Made by a program: the position numbers and the translations under genes | DNA from: Eledone cirrhosa | Lineage: Eukaryota | Assembly (NCBI GenBank): GCA_964016885.1 | Contig: OZ024740.1 | Location: 357,058,001 to 357,122,000 of the forward strand | DNA: 64,000 nt | Reading direction: 5' to 3' | In this document: piece by piece, positions 61,234 through 64,000 of the stretch | Layout of the letters: each line of letters begins with the position of its first letter | Numbering within the stretch: position 1 is the first letter of the stretch | Notes under the pieces: generated by a model | The model's database searches: none | What the model was told of the DNA's origin: nothing | Seen by the model: the letters and a program-made list of their open reading frames with translations, nothing else

Positions 61234-61882
61234 ATACAGACAATTCTATAAGTTGATAAAACAACAGAATGGCGTTCAGACATTTATTTAACCCTTTAGC
61301 ATTTACATTACTCTCATCATCATCATCATTTAACGTCTATCTTCCACGCTAGCATAGGTTTAGACGGGAATTGTCCCACTTGAGGCGAGATTGGTCGGGT
61401 GACCGTGTCTCGCTCGAATAGGACTGTGGCAGGTTTTCTATGGCTGGATGCCCTTCCTAACACCAACCACATTTACTATATATACTATTGTATTTTTGTG
61501 GTAAAGGCTTTATCTTACATAATTATGCCACATGATACTGAATCTGAGATTTTGATGTTATTTATTTTGAGAACAATACCTTAAAGTTGGTATGAGTGGC
61601 AGGTTATGGATGATTTGAACCAAAAGAAGTAAGAGAATTCTGGCCGGATATGGCCGGTTTGAATGCTAAAGGGTTAAACTTCGAATGTATTTATTTTATA
61701 TCCAGAATAGTGAGAGATATTTCAGGGGTAAACTCAGTTGGTATACTTCCAGTCATCTTAGATTTAAATCACAGAACATATATTAACGAAGAAATAGGTA
61801 ACCATTATTTATTTAATCTACACGTGTTTCATTCCCTATGGATATTATTTACAACACCCTTATAAAGAAATCGTCAGGATCA

Positions 61883-62210
61883 ATTATATATACAACATAT
61901 TAAAAATGTTTAAATACTGTTTGATGTATATCCGTATCTGCATGTTGTAGTCACAAACTGTAAACAAAGCTTTTACTAAGGTTATGGAAGGTTAGAATTG
62001 CCGGTATTACATAACAGTGCTTTTCATAATAATTGTTCTACCTGGTATTGCCAGTGGGTAGAACAAAATGAAATTTACCATTAAGTAATTCTGGCAATTC
62101 TAGCCTTCCTTAACCTTAGAGAAAACTTTGTTTACAGTTTGTGGGTTCAGCATGGAGATACAGACATACATCAATCAGTAATTAAACATGTTTTAATATG
62201 TATATATAAT
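61883..62210. repeat. ~330-bp imperfect palindrome (MITE/foldback)
   Basis: cacaaactgtaaacaaag...gaaggttagaattgcc mirrored by ggcaattctagccttc...ctttgtttacagtttgtg; inner ttgttctacc/ggtagaacaa hairpin. Confidence 0.8.
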
Positions 62211-62214
62211 GAGA

Positions 62215-64000
62215 TGTAGTGGAATGTTAGGACGTGGGAGGTGTATATATACTAGGGAAAAGAAGTTTTTAAGAAGATTTATTAGTAACAGCTTTACCGG
62301 TTTCACAGTTGGATGATTTTCAAAAGTTAGCCACACATCTCTCCCTCATAGATATGTCATGATGTTTGTTGGTTTGGGAAATTCCTTTTGATTTTATGCA
62401 AAAAAGTTGCTTAAATTGCTATCTGTTTAAAGTAAAATTGGATTGGTTATGGAACAGCATGGGATTAGATAGAGTTTTGTAGTTTTTTTTGCACCAAAAT
62501 TAATGATCATGTGATTCGAAATAAAGCTTTGTTGTAGATTTTGTCCTCAAAATTGGGAGTGTCATAGTTCACTGAATGTGGGAAATGACAATCCCAACAG
62601 AAATCCATGTTTATTTTATTATGTTAAGTAGTCAAGTCTATAGAATAGTTTATGACAATCCCCCAAAATTCAAGTGTATAGGACAGCAGTTGTGAAGGTA
62701 TGATAAAGGAAGTGAGAAGTTGTGATATGAAGAAAATGATAGAGATATGTCGGTTAATGGTGAAAGATGACTGTATTCTATCAGATTTGGAATTGAGTAT
62801 TCTCATCCCTCTGTGGAAGAGGGAAAGGCAATCCTCTAGATGGATTGTATAGAACATGGAATGAAGGTTATTGAAAAGAGGATATGGAAAAAGTGAAGAT
62901 TGATGAAATATAGTTTAGAATAGAGAACACTAGTGTATCAACATTTTAGTGAAAGAATCTGTTTGAAATCTTACAAATTATTCTTGCGGATTACGTCAAT
63001 ATAGTTAAAATATTATTAGTTTTACAACACTGCCATGCCCTAGTCTCAGAGCCTATCACCCTCCCCTTCCCATTTGTCTGTGACCCTAAGAGTCCTTGTC
63101 TTTCCTTCCTTTCCCGTTTTTAAATATTAATAAAGTTTAGAATTGTACCGGGAAAATGAACAACTGATGGAATTTACAGAAAAAGTACAGAGACAAGAGG
63201 TAGAAGTTGTTTTAGGATTTGGGAGTTGATTTGGAGAATGATTTCAATAGGGTTCAATGTGAAGTAGCATGGATATTGAGACAGTTGGGAGTGGAAGAAT
63301 GGTTGGTTGGTTAAAGTAGTAATGCCAATGTATGAGAGTGCACACACAGTTGTATGGATGAACGACGAGAACAGTGTAAAGTGAAGGTTGGAATGCATTA
63401 GCAGTCAGTATCAAGCCTGCTATTATTTGTAATTGTTTGAGGTTCTGGCCCAAAATGTGAAGGAAGTTTTACTATTTTAGTTGCAGTACACATGATTTGG
63501 TGTTAATAGTAGGGAGTATGGATTAACTGAAGAAGATGAAGTAAAATATATGAAATTGAATATCAAAAAGTCAAATGTGATGGAAAGTAGAAAGCCTGTG
63601 GTGAAGTGGAAAGAATGGGAAGATAGCCATATGTAGTATGCAGGAATAAATGAACTTCATTAAATGTACAATATGCACTGGGTGGATACATTAAAAAGGT
63701 CTTGACATGAGAGGATCATTAAATATTGTTGCAGTTAGATTTAAGTTTAAAGTGTATAGGGGAGGGAGCAGGGAAGTTGCAGATAGGATGTTGAGCTTGA
63801 CCTTGTGAATAGTATAAAGATGTAAGGTATGAAAACATTTTGTTACGTAGGAGACATTGGAGAAGAGGGTTAGTAGCTAGAATGAGATACACATGGAACA
63901 AGATCTGGGAACTGAGTGGAATTCTAATGAGGCAAGGTTTGTCACTGAAAGGAAAGGTGTATGCTTGAATGAGAAGTGCCAGATTTATGGGCGAGCGAGA
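62215..64000 (-). mobile_element. Possible highly degenerate Penelope-like element
   Basis: Minus strand VCALSYIGIT (YIG motif) and a GAAACCGGTA hammerhead-like remnant near 62295-62305. Weak. Confidence 0.35.

Overview
AT-rich, microsatellite- and transposon-rich animal genomic DNA. The RTE/SINE repertoire suggests a cephalopod, probably an octopus (inference). The window holds one complete + strand gene, GNPTAB (GlcNAc-1-phosphotransferase alpha/beta precursor). I traced it by hand as 29 phase-consistent coding exons from 415 to 59417 (3576 nt, 1191 aa), including one GC-AG intron. The introns contain truncated RTE LINEs whose RT carries an inserted C4HC3 PHD-like finger, RTE-tailed and tRNA-headed SINEs, CR1-type LINE pieces, mariner remnants, TTAA-flanked MITEs, a CRE-like endonuclease fragment, Penelope-like (PLE) remnants and a Helitron nested in one PLE. 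The most notable signal is a non-coding ~430-bp repeat family at two intronic loci (20.4-21.3 kb and 49.9-50.7 kb). It has a tandem-plus-inverted architecture and carries a type I hammerhead ribozyme core, resembling a retrozyme or PLE pseudo-LTR. Unrelated hammerhead-like motifs occur in other foldback repeats, several in the GNPTAB pre-mRNA sense. All calls come from manual reading; no searches or folding were run, and repeat boundaries are approximate.
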